This document shows positions 17,989 to 27,834 of a stretch of DNA of 64,000 bases, in pieces. The position numbers were made by a program, and so were the translations under genes. The stretch lies in NCBI GenBank assembly GCA_963728605.1, contig CAVSKS010000009.1, forward strand, positions 205,447 through 269,446, given 5' to 3'. How positions within the stretch are numbered: position 1 is the first letter of the stretch; each line of letters opens with the position of its first letter. Under the pieces are notes generated by a model. It saw nothing but the letters and a program-made list of their open reading frames with translations. It did not search any database and was not told the origin of the DNA. This DNA comes from an uncultured Chloroflexia bacterium (lineage in GTDB: Bacteria; Chloroflexota; Limnocylindria; Limnocylindrales; CSP1-4).

Positions 17989-19441
17989 CTAGGCCGGCGG
18001 GATCGCCTCGATCAGCGCCGCGACCGCATCGCGCATGGCGTCGATCAGTTCCTCGTCCGCCTCGTCCTCGAGATCCTCGACCCGCGACGCAAGGCGCTCC
18101 GCGTCTGTGGCGGCCGCGTCGAACCGGCCGTCGTCCAATGCGACCCGCAGCTCCGCGGCGCGGCGACGCAGGTCGTTCAGCTCCCGGTTCTTGAGTCCAC
18201 CCGGACCGCCCAGGTCGGCGATCGCGGCGTCGACCTGGTCGAGCGCGACGAGGGCGGCCGCCGTCGGGTCCGGCGTGGGTGTGGGCGGCGGCGTCGACGT
18301 TGGCGGCACGGTGGGTGAGGCCGCGGTCGTCGGTGAGAGGGTCGGTGCGGCTGACGCGGACGCCAGCGCGCTGGAGCGTGGCGACCCGCCGGGGCCGTTC
18401 CGCTCGGACTGCCTCAGTGCAGAGGCCGCGACCATGAGGGCGAGGACGGTCAGGCCGGCCAGCACGAGTGCCACGACGCCCGGGCGGACGCCTTGCCGGG
18501 GACGTCGAGCACGAACGCCACCCGCCGGCCGGGCCGGCGCAGCGGGGATCGTCAGGCTCGTGATCGTGTCGGCGAACTGGTCCACGTCGTCATGTGCGAC
18601 GGCCTGGACGGGGGGTCGCGCTGCCGCTGCGCGAAGCCCATCCGCCAGCGCTCGCGGGGACGACCGATCGGCCGCCTCCTTCGACAGCCCGGCTGCCACC
18701 GGCCCATCGAACGCCACACCCAGCTCCGGCACGAACTCCGACACGCGTGGTGCCGGTCGGGCACTGGACTCCACGACCTCGCGGACCGATCCAGCGGGCC
18801 CCGGCAATCGACCGGTCAGGCACTGGAAGGCGACGACCGCCAGGGCGTAGGCATCGCTCGCGGGTGTCGCAGGACTGCCCCCGAGGAGCTCCGGCGCCAG
18901 CCAGGCCAGCGTGCCCGATCGTCGTCCCGGCGGACGTAAGGTCGGTCGCCTCCTCGCCGCGAGCCAGCCCGAAGTCGGCCAACTTCGCCCGACCGCCGGA
19001 GAAGAGGATGTTGTGCGGTTTGACGTCGCGGTGGATCACCCCGCGGCGGTGCAGGTCGGCGAGGCCATCGGCGACCGACTCGATGATCGCGGCGACCTCC
19101 GGCGGCGGCAGGCGCCCGTCGGTCGCGAGCCGCTCGGCGAGCGAGCCACCGTCGCACAGCTCCATCACGTAGAACGGCTCGCTGCCGGTATCCGGGTTCC
19201 CCTGCTCGACGTCGAACACGCTGACCACGGATGGATGCGCCGCCGCCGCCAGCGCCCGAGCCTCGCGGTCGAAGCGGGCCGCGACGACCGGATCGAGGGC
19301 CATGTTCGGGAGCAGGACCTTGACCGCGACGTCGCGATCGAGGCGCAGGTCGCGGGCGCGGAAGACGGTGGCCATGCCGCCGGATCCGAGGCGGGCCTCG
19401 ACCCGGTAGCGGCCGGCGAGCACGTCGCCGACGGAGGGCAT
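17989..19441 (-). pseudogene. Hanks-type Ser/Thr protein kinase with TM and extracellular PT-rich/coiled region, interrupted by a 1-nt frameshift
   Basis: Frame 1 (ATG 19441) carries LGSGGMATV, VAVKVL, HRDVKPHNIL, LADFGLAR...GTTIG. Shifting frame by one base at 18913-18916 (atcgggcacg) continues TLAWLAPELLGG...DAYALAVVAFQCLTG, running into the 17989-18807 ORF. Confidence 0.85.
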
Positions 19442-19518
19442 GTCGCGAGCGTAGCCGATGGGATAGCGTGTAGGTCCTCGCCGGCGGTCCCCCCGACCCC
19501 CGGACTTCCGACGGAGCC

Positions 19519-20466
19519 ATGTTCGCAACCATCCTCGGCCGCCTGCCACAACCGCCGGACCTGCCCGCCGATGCGGACGGGGCCGATGCGGCCGTCCGCC
19601 GGGCGATCGCGCTGCAGGAGCGGCTCGGGCTCGAACCCATCACCGACGGCCGCCTGCGGCTGGCCGATGCGTCGATCGCCGCGGCCGTTGCCCGGGGGGT
19701 GGAGACGGGCGTCGTCGACGCGTGGCAATTCGCTAGCGCGTGCACGCCCAGGGTCGTGAAGCAATCGCTCCCCGGCCCGTACACGATCGGGCGGGGCGTT
19801 CGACCAGCGCGGGACCGTCGGGCCGCGACGCTCGCCATCGCGGGACGGGTCAACGATGAGATCCGGCGGCTCCGCGATGCCGGCTGCCAGATCGTCGAGA
19901 TCGACGAGCCGGCGGCCGCGACGATCGGCGATGCAGCGGCCGAACGCGAGCTCTTCGTCGACGCCCAACGTCGCCTGACCGACGGAATCGACGGCATCCA
20001 CCTGTCGCTGGCCCTGACCGGCGGCAACGCCGACACCGCGGGCGTGGAGACCATCCTCGATGCGCCGTACGCCAGCTACGCCGTCGACCTGATCCATGGG
20101 CCGGACAACTGGCGGCTGGTCACCGCCGTCGCCGGTGACCGGGGGATCGTGTGCGGTGCGCTCTCCGCCGCGGCCGGCTCGAGCGACGGTCCGGAGCTCC
20201 TCGTATGGGCTGCCCACTATGCCGCCTCTACCGGCGGTCGGGGCCTGGATCGCGTTGGCCTGGCCGTCGTCCCGGGGCTGGACCGCCTCGACTGGGCAAC
20301 CGCGGAACGAAAGCTGGAGCGGCTGGTGGAGGGTGCCCGGCTGTCGGGCAAGGGGGCCCGGCCGGAGCTCGCCCGGGCCCTCGACCCACGGGCCGTGAGC
20401 TCGAAGAGCGCCGCCCTGGGACGGTACGTTCCGCGAGCGCGGAGGAGACGCAGCACCGGTCCCTGA
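19519..20466 (+). CDS. MetE/UROD-like (cobalamin-independent methionine synthase family) protein
   Basis: LPGPYTIG..., IVEIDEPAA... and HLSLALTGGN resemble the MetE C-terminal fold. I did not see clear zinc ligands. GGAG lies upstream of the ATG. Confidence 0.55.
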   Translation: MFATILGRLPQPPDLPADADGADAAVRRAIALQERLGLEPITDGRLRLADASIAAAVARGVETGVVDAWQFASACTPRVVKQSLPGPYTIGRGVRPARDRRAATLAIAGRVNDEIRRLRDAGCQIVEIDEPAAATIGDAAAERELFVDAQRRLTDGIDGIHLSLALTGGNADTAGVETILDAPYASYAVDLIHGPDNWRLVTAVAGDRGIVCGALSAAAGSSDGPELLVWAAHYAASTGGRGLDRVGLAVVPGLDRLDWATAERKLERLVEGARLSGKGARPELARALDPRAVSSKSAALGRYVPRARRRRSTGP

Positions 20467-20676
20467 TCGCCGCCCGCCGACGAGTGCACGGCGTGCAAAA
20501 TCGTCTTGCAGCGCGAGGCCGGCAGTGCCAGCATTCAGGGTCCCTCCGCCGGCTCGTCTCGCCGACGCGGGGAAGCTCCCAGCCGTGGTCCCCAGGGGGA
20601 CGCAGCGAACCCGATCCAGCGACCGCTCCAGGAGCTGAACCCCCACCCGCGGGGTTCATGGAAGGAGGTTCCGGCC

Positions 20677-21183
20677 GTGGCCGAGCACATCTCGCTCGTG
20701 GTCAACGGAGACCAACGGGAGCTCGACGTCGAGCCAAGACGGCTCCTGGTCCAGGTGCTGCGCGAGGACCTGGACCTCACCGGGACCCACGTCGGCTGCG
20801 ACACCAGCCAGTGCGGTGCCTGCACCGTCCACGTCGACGGCAAGGCCATCAAGTCATGCACGATGCTGGCGGTCCAGGCCGACGGCAGCGCGGTCAAGAC
20901 GATCGAGGGCATGGCCGGCGCCGACGGGCTCCACCCCATCCAGAACGCCTTCTGGGAGAAGCACGGCCTGCAGTGCGGTTTCTGTACGCCGGGGATGATC
21001 ATGGCCGCCGCGGACCTGTTGCAGCGCAACGCCGATCCCTCCGACGAGGAGATCCGCCACGCGATCGAGGGCAACTACTGCCGCTGTACGGGCTACCAGA
21101 ACATCGTCACGGCGATCCGTGAGGCGGCGGCCGTCATCCGCGCCGGCGCTTCGGCGCCGTCCCCCTCGACGCCAGTCGCCTGA
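20677..21183 (+). CDS. coxS: [2Fe-2S] small subunit of a CoxSLM / xanthine-dehydrogenase-family molybdoenzyme
   Basis: GTG at 20677 is preceded by GGAAGGAGG. Cys clusters are [18 protein letters not shown] and CRCTGY. The upstream part of the track ORF (from 20506) has poor GC3. Confidence 0.9.
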   Translation: MAEHISLVVNGDQRELDVEPRRLLVQVLREDLDLTGTHVGCDTSQCGACTVHVDGKAIKSCTMLAVQADGSAVKTIEGMAGADGLHPIQNAFWEKHGLQCGFCTPGMIMAAADLLQRNADPSDEEIRHAIEGNYCRCTGYQNIVTAIREAAAVIRAGASAPSPSTPVA

Positions 21184-21195
21184 GAGGAGGAGACG

Positions 21196-23598
21196 ATGGC
21201 AACGGACGTCCTCGGCGCTCCCATCAAGCGGGTCGAGGACCCGCGCTTCATCACCGGCCAGGGTCGATATCTCGACGACATCAAGCTCACCGGGATGACC
21301 CACATCGCGATCCTGCGCAGCCCCTACGCCCACGCCAACATCCGCTCGGTCGACATCTCGAAGGCGAAGACGATGCCGGGCGTCGTCGCCGTCTTCATCG
21401 GCGAGGACATCCCGTACAACCCGCTGCCGTTCGCCTGGCCGGCCGGAGGTTCCGCCGGTATCCAGAACAACGTCAACATGCCGCGGGTCCTCGCCACGGA
21501 CAGCGTCAAGTGGACCGGCGAGGGCGTCGCCGCGGTCGTTGCCGAGACGCCCGAGCAGGCGGTCGACGCGCTCGAGGCGATCGACGTCGACTACGAGCCG
21601 CTGCCGACGGTCGTCGACGCCGAGAAGGCCACCCAGGCGGGTGCGCCGCAACTCCACGAGAACGCCCCGAACAACGTGGTGTTCGAGTGGACCGTAGGCG
21701 ACAAGGACGGCACCGACGCCGCGATCGCGGCCGCCGAGGTCACCGTCAAGCAGCGGATCGTCAACCAGCGGCTGATCCCGAACCCGATGGAGACGCGTGG
21801 CGACATCGGCTGGTACAACCCGGGGACCGACGAGTACACGGTCTGGATGTCCAGCCAGACGCCGCACATCCAGCGGCTCCTGCTGACCGCGTTCGTCACC
21901 GGCATTCCCGAGCACAAGGTCCGGGTCATCGCGCCCGACATCGGCGGCGCGTTCGGCACCAAGATCTTCTGCTATGCCGACATGGCCCTCGTCATGTTCG
22001 CCAGCAAGCAGATCGGCGGCCGGCCGGTCAAGTGGGTCGAGGGCCGCCGCGAGAACTACCAGTCGACGATCCACGGCCGCGACCACATCACCTACCTCGA
22101 GATCGCCGGCAAGCGCGACGGCGAGGTCACCGGGCTGCGGGTCAAGACGTACGCCAACCTTGGCGGCCGGCTGTCGACGATCGGCCCCGGCATCCCGACG
22201 ACCCTGTACGGACGGGTGCTGAGCGGCTGTTACAAGATCCCGAACGTCTTCTGCGAGGTCACCGGGGTCTACACCAACACCACCTTCGTCGACGCCTATC
22301 GCGGCGCCGGCCGGCCGGAGGCCACCTACGTCATCGAGCGGGCGATGGACCTCTTCGCCGACGAGATCGGGATGGACCGGGCAGCCGTCAGGCGCAAGAA
22401 CTTCATCCCACCGGATGGGTTCCCGTACGACAACCCGTCCGGGCTGGGGACCGCGTCCGGCGGCGCCAAGATCTACATCGACTCGGGCAACTACGAGCCG
22501 GCCCTCAACAAGGCGCTGACCGCCGTCGAGTACTACCAGTTCGACGAGAAGAAGGCGGAGGCGAAGAAGCGCGGCAAGCTGCTGGGCGTCGGCCTGTCGA
22601 CCTATATCGAGGTCTGCGGCGTCGCTCCGTCCAAGTGGATCGGCGCGGTCGGCGAGGGCTGGGGCGCGGCGATGTGGGAATCGGCCAACATCCGCGTCCA
22701 TCTGACCGGCAAGGTCATCGTGACCGTCGGCACCCAGCCACAGGGCCAGGGCCACGAGACGACCTACTCGCAGGTCATCGCCCAGGAGCTGGGCGTGCCG
22801 ATGGAGGACATCGTCGTCCAGCATTCGGACACCCTCGGCACGCCGTTCGGCTACGGCTCCTATGGCTCGCGGACTTCGTCCGTGGGGATGACGGCCGCGA
22901 TCAAGGCCGCGGGCAAGATCCGGGAGAAGGCCAGGCGGTATGCCGCCCACATGCTCGAGGCGTCGGTCGACGACATCGAGGTCGACGGGGCGGAGTATCG
23001 GGTCAAGGGCTCACCGGACAAGAAGAAGACCATCCAGGAGATCGCCTTCGCCCTCGACCTGGCGTTCGACGCGCCGGAGGGCATGGAGCCGTACCTCGAC
23101 GAGACCGCCTACCACGACACGCCGAACTGCACGTGGCCGTTCGGCACCCACATCGCCGTCGTCGAAGTCGACCAAGAAACCGGCCAGGTCGACCTGGTCC
23201 GCTACGTGGCGGTCGACGACGTCGGCAAGAAGATCAACCCGTTGATCGTCGACGGCCAGATCCATGGCGGCATCGCCCAGGGCGTTGGCCAGGCGCTCTG
23301 GGAGCAAGCGATCTACGGCGAGGATGGCCAGCTGCTCTCGGGCTCGATGATGGACTACGCCCTGCCGCGGGCATCGTGGTTCCCGCAGCTCGAGCTCGAC
23401 GAAACGGTGACCCCGTCGCCGGTCAACCCGATCGGTGTCAAGGGTGTCGGTGAGGCCGGTGCCATCGCCAGCACCGCGGCCGTGGCCAACGCCGTCATCG
23501 ACGCGCTCAAGCCCCTCGGGATACGCCACCTCGACATGCCCTACACCCCACAACGGGTCTGGCATGCGATCCAGGATGCGAAGGAGGCCCAGGCATGA
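21196..23598 (+). CDS. coxL: molybdopterin-binding large subunit, form-II CoxL-like (AYRGAGR motif)
   Basis: 800-aa ORF of the aldehyde oxidase/xanthine dehydrogenase family. The active-site loop reads VDAYRGAGRPEATY rather than the AYxCSFR of bona fide CO dehydrogenase. Confidence 0.9.
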   Translation: MATDVLGAPIKRVEDPRFITGQGRYLDDIKLTGMTHIAILRSPYAHANIRSVDISKAKTMPGVVAVFIGEDIPYNPLPFAWPAGGSAGIQNNVNMPRVLATDSVKWTGEGVAAVVAETPEQAVDALEAIDVDYEPLPTVVDAEKATQAGAPQLHENAPNNVVFEWTVGDKDGTDAAIAAAEVTVKQRIVNQRLIPNPMETRGDIGWYNPGTDEYTVWMSSQTPHIQRLLLTAFVTGIPEHKVRVIAPDIGGAFGTKIFCYADMALVMFASKQIGGRPVKWVEGRRENYQSTIHGRDHITYLEIAGKRDGEVTGLRVKTYANLGGRLSTIGPGIPTTLYGRVLSGCYKIPNVFCEVTGVYTNTTFVDAYRGAGRPEATYVIERAMDLFADEIGMDRAAVRRKNFIPPDGFPYDNPSGLGTASGGAKIYIDSGNYEPALNKALTAVEYYQFDEKKAEAKKRGKLLGVGLSTYIEVCGVAPSKWIGAVGEGWGAAMWESANIRVHLTGKVIVTVGTQPQGQGHETTYSQVIAQELGVPMEDIVVQHSDTLGTPFGYGSYGSRTSSVGMTAAIKAAGKIREKARRYAAHMLEASVDDIEVDGAEYRVKGSPDKKKTIQEIAFALDLAFDAPEGMEPYLDETAYHDTPNCTWPFGTHIAVVEVDQETGQVDLVRYVAVDDVGKKINPLIVDGQIHGGIAQGVGQALWEQAIYGEDGQLLSGSMMDYALPRASWFPQLELDETVTPSPVNPIGVKGVGEAGAIASTAAVANAVIDALKPLGIRHLDMPYTPQRVWHAIQDAKEAQA

Positions 23599-24440
23599 TC
23601 CCGGCAACCTTCGAGTACCAGCGGGCGGCCACGGTCGACGACGCCATCGTCGCGGTCGGCAAGGGCGCCAAGGTCATCGCCGGCGGACAGAGTCTCCTGC
23701 CGCTCCTCAAGATCCGCGTCGCCCGCGCCGAATCGCTCGTCGACATCGGCCGGATCGCGGAGCTGAAGGGCTTCCGAACGATGCCCGATGGCGGCGTCGA
23801 GATCGGCGCCATGACCACGTACGCCGAGTGGCAGGCGGCGACGACCGTCCCCGGCATGGTTGAGGCGATCGACGCCATCGCCGACGTCCAGGTCCGCAAC
23901 CGGGGGACGGTGGGCGGTGCCATCGCCCACGCCGACCCGGGATCCGACCTGCCGGCAATCTCCCTGGCGTTCGACGGCTCGGCCGTTCTTCGAGGACCAT
24001 CCGGCGAGCGGGTCGTCCCGCTCGACGAGTTCTTCCAGAGCGCCTTCACCACCGACATCCACGACGACGAGATCCTGGTGGCGATCCGGCGACCGCCGAC
24101 CCCACCGGGCGCCGGCTTCGCCTACGAGAAGCTGGCCCAGGCGGCGTCCGGCTACGCCATGGTCGGCGTCGCCGTGGTCGTCGCTCGCTCCGGTGGCTCG
24201 ATCTCGCATGCCCGGGTCGCCCTCACCGGCGTCCACGAGCACGCCTACCGGGCACCGGAGGTCGAAGCCGCGCTCGTCGGCAGCGACGGCTCGGCCGCGG
24301 CGATCGCCGCCGCCGCCGAGCACGCGACCGTCGACGTCGAGGTCAACGGCGACATCCACGCCGATCGCGAGTACCGGACCCAGATGGCCAAGGTCTTCAC
24401 GCGTCGGGCGATCGAGGCCGCCCTGGCCCGCACGTCCTGA
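23595..24440 (+). CDS. coxM: FAD-binding medium subunit
   Basis: AGGQSLLPLLK FAD-binding motif. The start overlaps the coxL stop by 4 nt. Confidence 0.9.
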   Translation: MIPATFEYQRAATVDDAIVAVGKGAKVIAGGQSLLPLLKIRVARAESLVDIGRIAELKGFRTMPDGGVEIGAMTTYAEWQAATTVPGMVEAIDAIADVQVRNRGTVGGAIAHADPGSDLPAISLAFDGSAVLRGPSGERVVPLDEFFQSAFTTDIHDDEILVAIRRPPTPPGAGFAYEKLAQAASGYAMVGVAVVVARSGGSISHARVALTGVHEHAYRAPEVEAALVGSDGSAAAIAAAAEHATVDVEVNGDIHADREYRTQMAKVFTRRAIEAALARTS

Positions 24441-24459
24441 CCTGCCAGGCTGAAGGCGG

Positions 24460-25500
24460 GTGCGTGTCGAGCGGCTAGGGCCCGGTCGACCTGCGCCCGC
24501 CGGACTGGCCGGCGCCGTCCTGACACGCGACCTCGTGGTCGATGGCGTCCGCTGGCAGAAGGGCCGGCGGCTGTCGCGTGCCGATCTCGAGCGCGTCGAA
24601 GGCGCGACAACGGTGTCGCCGGCCACAGAGGTCACGGTCCTCGTCCTCGAGCCGGGCGACGTCCACGAGGATGAGGCCGCCGTCCGGCTCGCGCTGGCCG
24701 TCTCCGGTGGCGGGCTGACCGTTCGAGGGCCGGCCCAGAGTCGGGTCGACCTGCTGGCCGGAGCGGACGGCGTCCTCCACGTCCGGACCGCGGCCCTGGA
24801 GCGGATCAACCGGCTCGATCCGGTCGAGGTCTTCACCCGGTTCGACGGTTCGGTGGTTCAGGCGGGCGACCTCGTTGGCAGCGTCAAGGTCGCGCCGCAC
24901 ATCGTGGCCGAGGCCGTCCTGGCCGCCGCGGAGCGCCACGCCCGCCGCGGCGGGGCGGTCGTCCGGGTCGCACCGTTTCTTGCCCGGCGGGTCGCCGTGG
25001 TGGTCAAGGAATCGATCCACGCCCTGGCCCGCGAACGGTTCGAGCGGAGCGTCAGGGCGAAGGTGGAAAGCCTCGGCTCCACGGTCGTGTCGATCGAGTA
25101 CGTCGCCGACGATGCCCCGGCCGTCGAAACGGCGATCGAGGCGGCCGCCCGGGTCGCGGACCTCGTCCTGACCGCGGGCGGCGGATCGACGGATCCGGCG
25201 GATGCGTTCTTCGTCGCCATCGAGCGGCTCGGTGGTCGGATCGTCCGCCGCGGCGTGCCGGCCCACCCGGGCTCGATGCTGTGGCTTGGGCGGATCGGGC
25301 GAACGGCGGTGCTGGGGCTGCCGACGTGCGGCGCCTACTCGAAGGCCACGGCCGCCGACCTGCTGCTGCCGCGGCTCCTGTCCGGCGAACCCGCGTCCGC
25401 GGAGACCGTCGCCCAGTTGGGCCACGGCGGGATCCTGACCCGGGACCAGCGGTTCCGCTTCCCGCCGTATGCCCGGGAGCTCGATGCCCCAGACGGCTGA
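24460..25500 (+). CDS. molybdopterin-binding (MoCF/MoeA-like) domain protein
   Basis: LVLTAGGGSTDPADAFFVAIERLGG...VPAHPGSMLWLG...VLGLPTCG resembles the MoCF biosynthesis domain. It lies directly downstream of coxM. Confidence 0.55.
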   Translation: MRVERLGPGRPAPAGLAGAVLTRDLVVDGVRWQKGRRLSRADLERVEGATTVSPATEVTVLVLEPGDVHEDEAAVRLALAVSGGGLTVRGPAQSRVDLLAGADGVLHVRTAALERINRLDPVEVFTRFDGSVVQAGDLVGSVKVAPHIVAEAVLAAAERHARRGGAVVRVAPFLARRVAVVVKESIHALARERFERSVRAKVESLGSTVVSIEYVADDAPAVETAIEAAARVADLVLTAGGGSTDPADAFFVAIERLGGRIVRRGVPAHPGSMLWLGRIGRTAVLGLPTCGAYSKATAADLLLPRLLSGEPASAETVAQLGHGGILTRDQRFRFPPYARELDAPDG

Positions 25501-26779
25501 CCCGGCGGCTCCCGACCCGGGGGGACGCAGGGTAGGGCGCTTCGTGCCGTCGCTGCTCAGGGAGCGCCAGTTCCGCCGGCTATGGCTGGGCCACGCGATT
25601 TCGGTCGTGGGCGACCAGATCTCGTACCTGGCCATGCCGCTGGTGGCGATTCTGATCCTGGGCGCCGACGAGGACGACATGGGGCTGCTGACCGCGGTGG
25701 GGCTCCTGCCGCACCTCCTGTTCTCGCTGCCCGCCGGCGTCTGGCTGGACCGGGTTCGGCGACGCCGGCTGGTGATGATCGCCGCCGACCTGGGCCGCGC
25801 GGCGCTGATGGTCAGCGTCCCGATCGCGTGGGTGCTCGACGTGCTTACCGTCGGTCAGCTGTTCGTCGTCGCATTCCTGATCGGTGCGTTGACCGTGGCG
25901 TTCGACCTGTCGTGGTCGACGGTTTTCGTCGCAGTGGCGCCACGCGAGCAGTACGTCGAGGGCAGCGCGCTCCTCAACGCCAACCGATCGTTTTCGTACG
26001 TTGCCGGGCCGTCGATCAGCGGCGCGCTCGTCAAGGTGCTCGGGGCGCCGGTCACCCTCCTCGTCGACGCGGCCTCGTTCCTCGCCTCGGCCCTCTTCCT
26101 TGCCCGGGTCAAGGCCGACGAGGCGCCGATCGAACCGGATCCGGCCGGCCTTCGGGAGCGGCTGTCGGTCGGGCTGGCATTCGCCGCTCGTGATCCGATC
26201 ATCCGGCCGACGCTGGCGGCCGCGGCGACGATCAACTTCTTCAACTTTGGCTTTGCTGCGCTGTTCGTTCTGTACGCGACGCGCTACCTCAATGTGGACC
26301 CGGGCGTCCTCGGGCTGGTCCTCGGGATCGGCGCGCTGGGCGGGCTGATCGGGGCGGCGCTGGCCGGCCGGGTCGGGCGCCGGATCGGGATCGGGCCCGC
26401 ATATGCCCTCGGCTGCATCCTGTTCCCGGCGCCGCTCATCCTGATCCCGCTCGTCTCGGGTCCGCCGGAGCTGGTGCTGACCGCGCTGCTGCTGTCCGAG
26501 TTCGGCGCAGGGTTCGGCGTGATGATCCTGGATGTCAGCGCCGGCTCGATCATTCTGGCTCGCACGCCGGACAAGATCCGGGCGCGGGCCACCGGTTCGT
26601 TCCGGTTCATCAACTATGGGATCCGGCCGATCGGGGCATTCCTGGGCGGCCTTTTGGGCAGCGCGATCGGCATTCGCGAGACGCTGTTCATCGTCACGGT
26701 GGCGCCGCTGCTCGGCGTGCTGTGGCTGCTCTGGTCGCCGGTCATCCGGCAGCGTGACCTACCACCCGCGGCCGAATGA
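25469..26779 (+). CDS. MFS transporter
   Basis: FRRLWLGHAISVVGDQISYLAMPLVAILIL and a 12-TM-like profile. The start is uncertain (ATG 25469 or 25484). Confidence 0.8.
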   Translation: MPGSSMPQTADPAAPDPGGRRVGRFVPSLLRERQFRRLWLGHAISVVGDQISYLAMPLVAILILGADEDDMGLLTAVGLLPHLLFSLPAGVWLDRVRRRRLVMIAADLGRAALMVSVPIAWVLDVLTVGQLFVVAFLIGALTVAFDLSWSTVFVAVAPREQYVEGSALLNANRSFSYVAGPSISGALVKVLGAPVTLLVDAASFLASALFLARVKADEAPIEPDPAGLRERLSVGLAFAARDPIIRPTLAAAATINFFNFGFAALFVLYATRYLNVDPGVLGLVLGIGALGGLIGAALAGRVGRRIGIGPAYALGCILFPAPLILIPLVSGPPELVLTALLLSEFGAGFGVMILDVSAGSIILARTPDKIRARATGSFRFINYGIRPIGAFLGGLLGSAIGIRETLFIVTVAPLLGVLWLLWSPVIRQRDLPPAAE

Positions 26780-26993
26780 GCGCCGGCGTATTCCGAGAAC
26801 GACTATCGGGTCGCGAATCCGGTCGTTGGCTCGGCGAGCGGCATGCTCGGTCCAGGTTGCGGCGTCGTCGAGCGTACGCCCTTCGGCAGCGCGCCCTAGC
26901 GGATCGCCGTGCCAGGGTCAACCGCCGGACTTGCTGGCCGGAAGGCCTTCTCGCACCACGCCAGCCCGCCGAAGGGCGATGCGCCTGATGCGC

Positions 26994-27749
26994 CTACTGA
27001 GACTCGACGGTCCCGAATGGATAGGTTGTCGCGATCAAGGAAGTCTGGGGCTCGACGTCGTAGATCAATTCCGGGGCCGACGAAAAGCGAGTCAAGACGC
27101 GGAGATACAGCCGGAAGGTTCGAGTACCCGGCGTGATCGGGATGACCGTATCGATGTCGACCGCCTCGAGAAATTCTCCGACTCCGATGAGGGTGTTGAA
27201 CTGGCTCGGCGATGTGTAATCACCTTCGGGGTTGTACACCATCGCTTCGAACACGCACGGGCAGCCCGACTCGGGCCCGAAGGTGTAGAGGATCACACGG
27301 CCCTGGACATGCACGAGCTGATGGGCCGCGCCGCCGCGGGAGACGCCCGGGACGGTCAGCTGGACTTCCCGGATCAGGCTGAAGCTATTGCTGAATTGGC
27401 CGGAGGCCACGTCGCCGCCGGCCGCGAGTGAGCCCCCGAACTCCGCGGCGATGGTTCCGCCTCCGCGTCGCAGGAACGCCGCCATCTGGCCCCGAGTGAC
27501 CGGCGAGTTGGGGCAGTACGTCGTAGCGGTGCAACCGTCCGTGAGCCCGGCGGCGGCAATGGCGGCGATGTCATTGTGGAACGTCGAACCGGTCGGCACG
27601 TCCGAGAACAGGTGACTGGCCGTGCTCACGACAGGCACGCCCAGCATGACGACCATTACCCCCAGGACGACCACCGCGCGGCGCATTCGGGAGCGGCTCC
27701 GTTCCAGCGCGGCGAGGCGCGCCTCGATCCCATCGAACGTACCGTTCAT
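26994..27749 (-). CDS. membrane-anchored SLH-domain protein with unknown beta-rich C-terminal domain
   Basis: The ATG at 27747-27749 is preceded by GGAGGAGG. A TM helix (AVVVLGVMVVMLGVPVV) is followed by FSDVPTGSTFHNDIAAIAAAGLTDGC...VTRGQMAAFLRR, an S-layer-homology motif. GC content is lower than in the neighbouring genes. Confidence 0.75.
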   Translation of the reverse strand: MNGTFDGIEARLAALERSRSRMRRAVVVLGVMVVMLGVPVVSTASHLFSDVPTGSTFHNDIAAIAAAGLTDGCTATTYCPNSPVTRGQMAAFLRRGGGTIAAEFGGSLAAGGDVASGQFSNSFSLIREVQLTVPGVSRGGAAHQLVHVQGRVILYTFGPESGCPCVFEAMVYNPEGDYTSPSQFNTLIGVGEFLEAVDIDTVIPITPGTRTFRLYLRVLTRFSSAPELIYDVEPQTSLIATTYPFGTVESQ

Positions 27750-27821
27750 GTCGGTCCTCCTCCGGCTGCCGAGTGACGCGCGTCGGCGCCGCGCGCTCGC
27801 GGCGCGACCACTTGTGCGGTG

Positions 27822-27834
27822 TAGCATCGACCCT
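27822..27834 (+). promoter_or_regulatory. -10 box TAGCAT placed 7 nt before the coxD ATG (leaderless-type start)
   Basis: tagcatcgaccctATG. No SD is present. The same 12-mer TAGCATCGACCC recurs at 38675-38686. Confidence 0.35.

Noticed and set aside
21196-23598. Annotating the large subunit as a true aerobic CO dehydrogenase (form I CoxL)
   Set aside because: The active-site loop is AYRGAGR, not AYxCSFR, and the gene order is S-L-M. CO oxidation cannot be inferred.
26800-26830. tRNA-like T-arm sequence (gggtcgcgaatccggtc) in the MFS/SLH spacer
   Set aside because: No acceptor, D or anticodon arms can be built around it. It is an isolated chance similarity.
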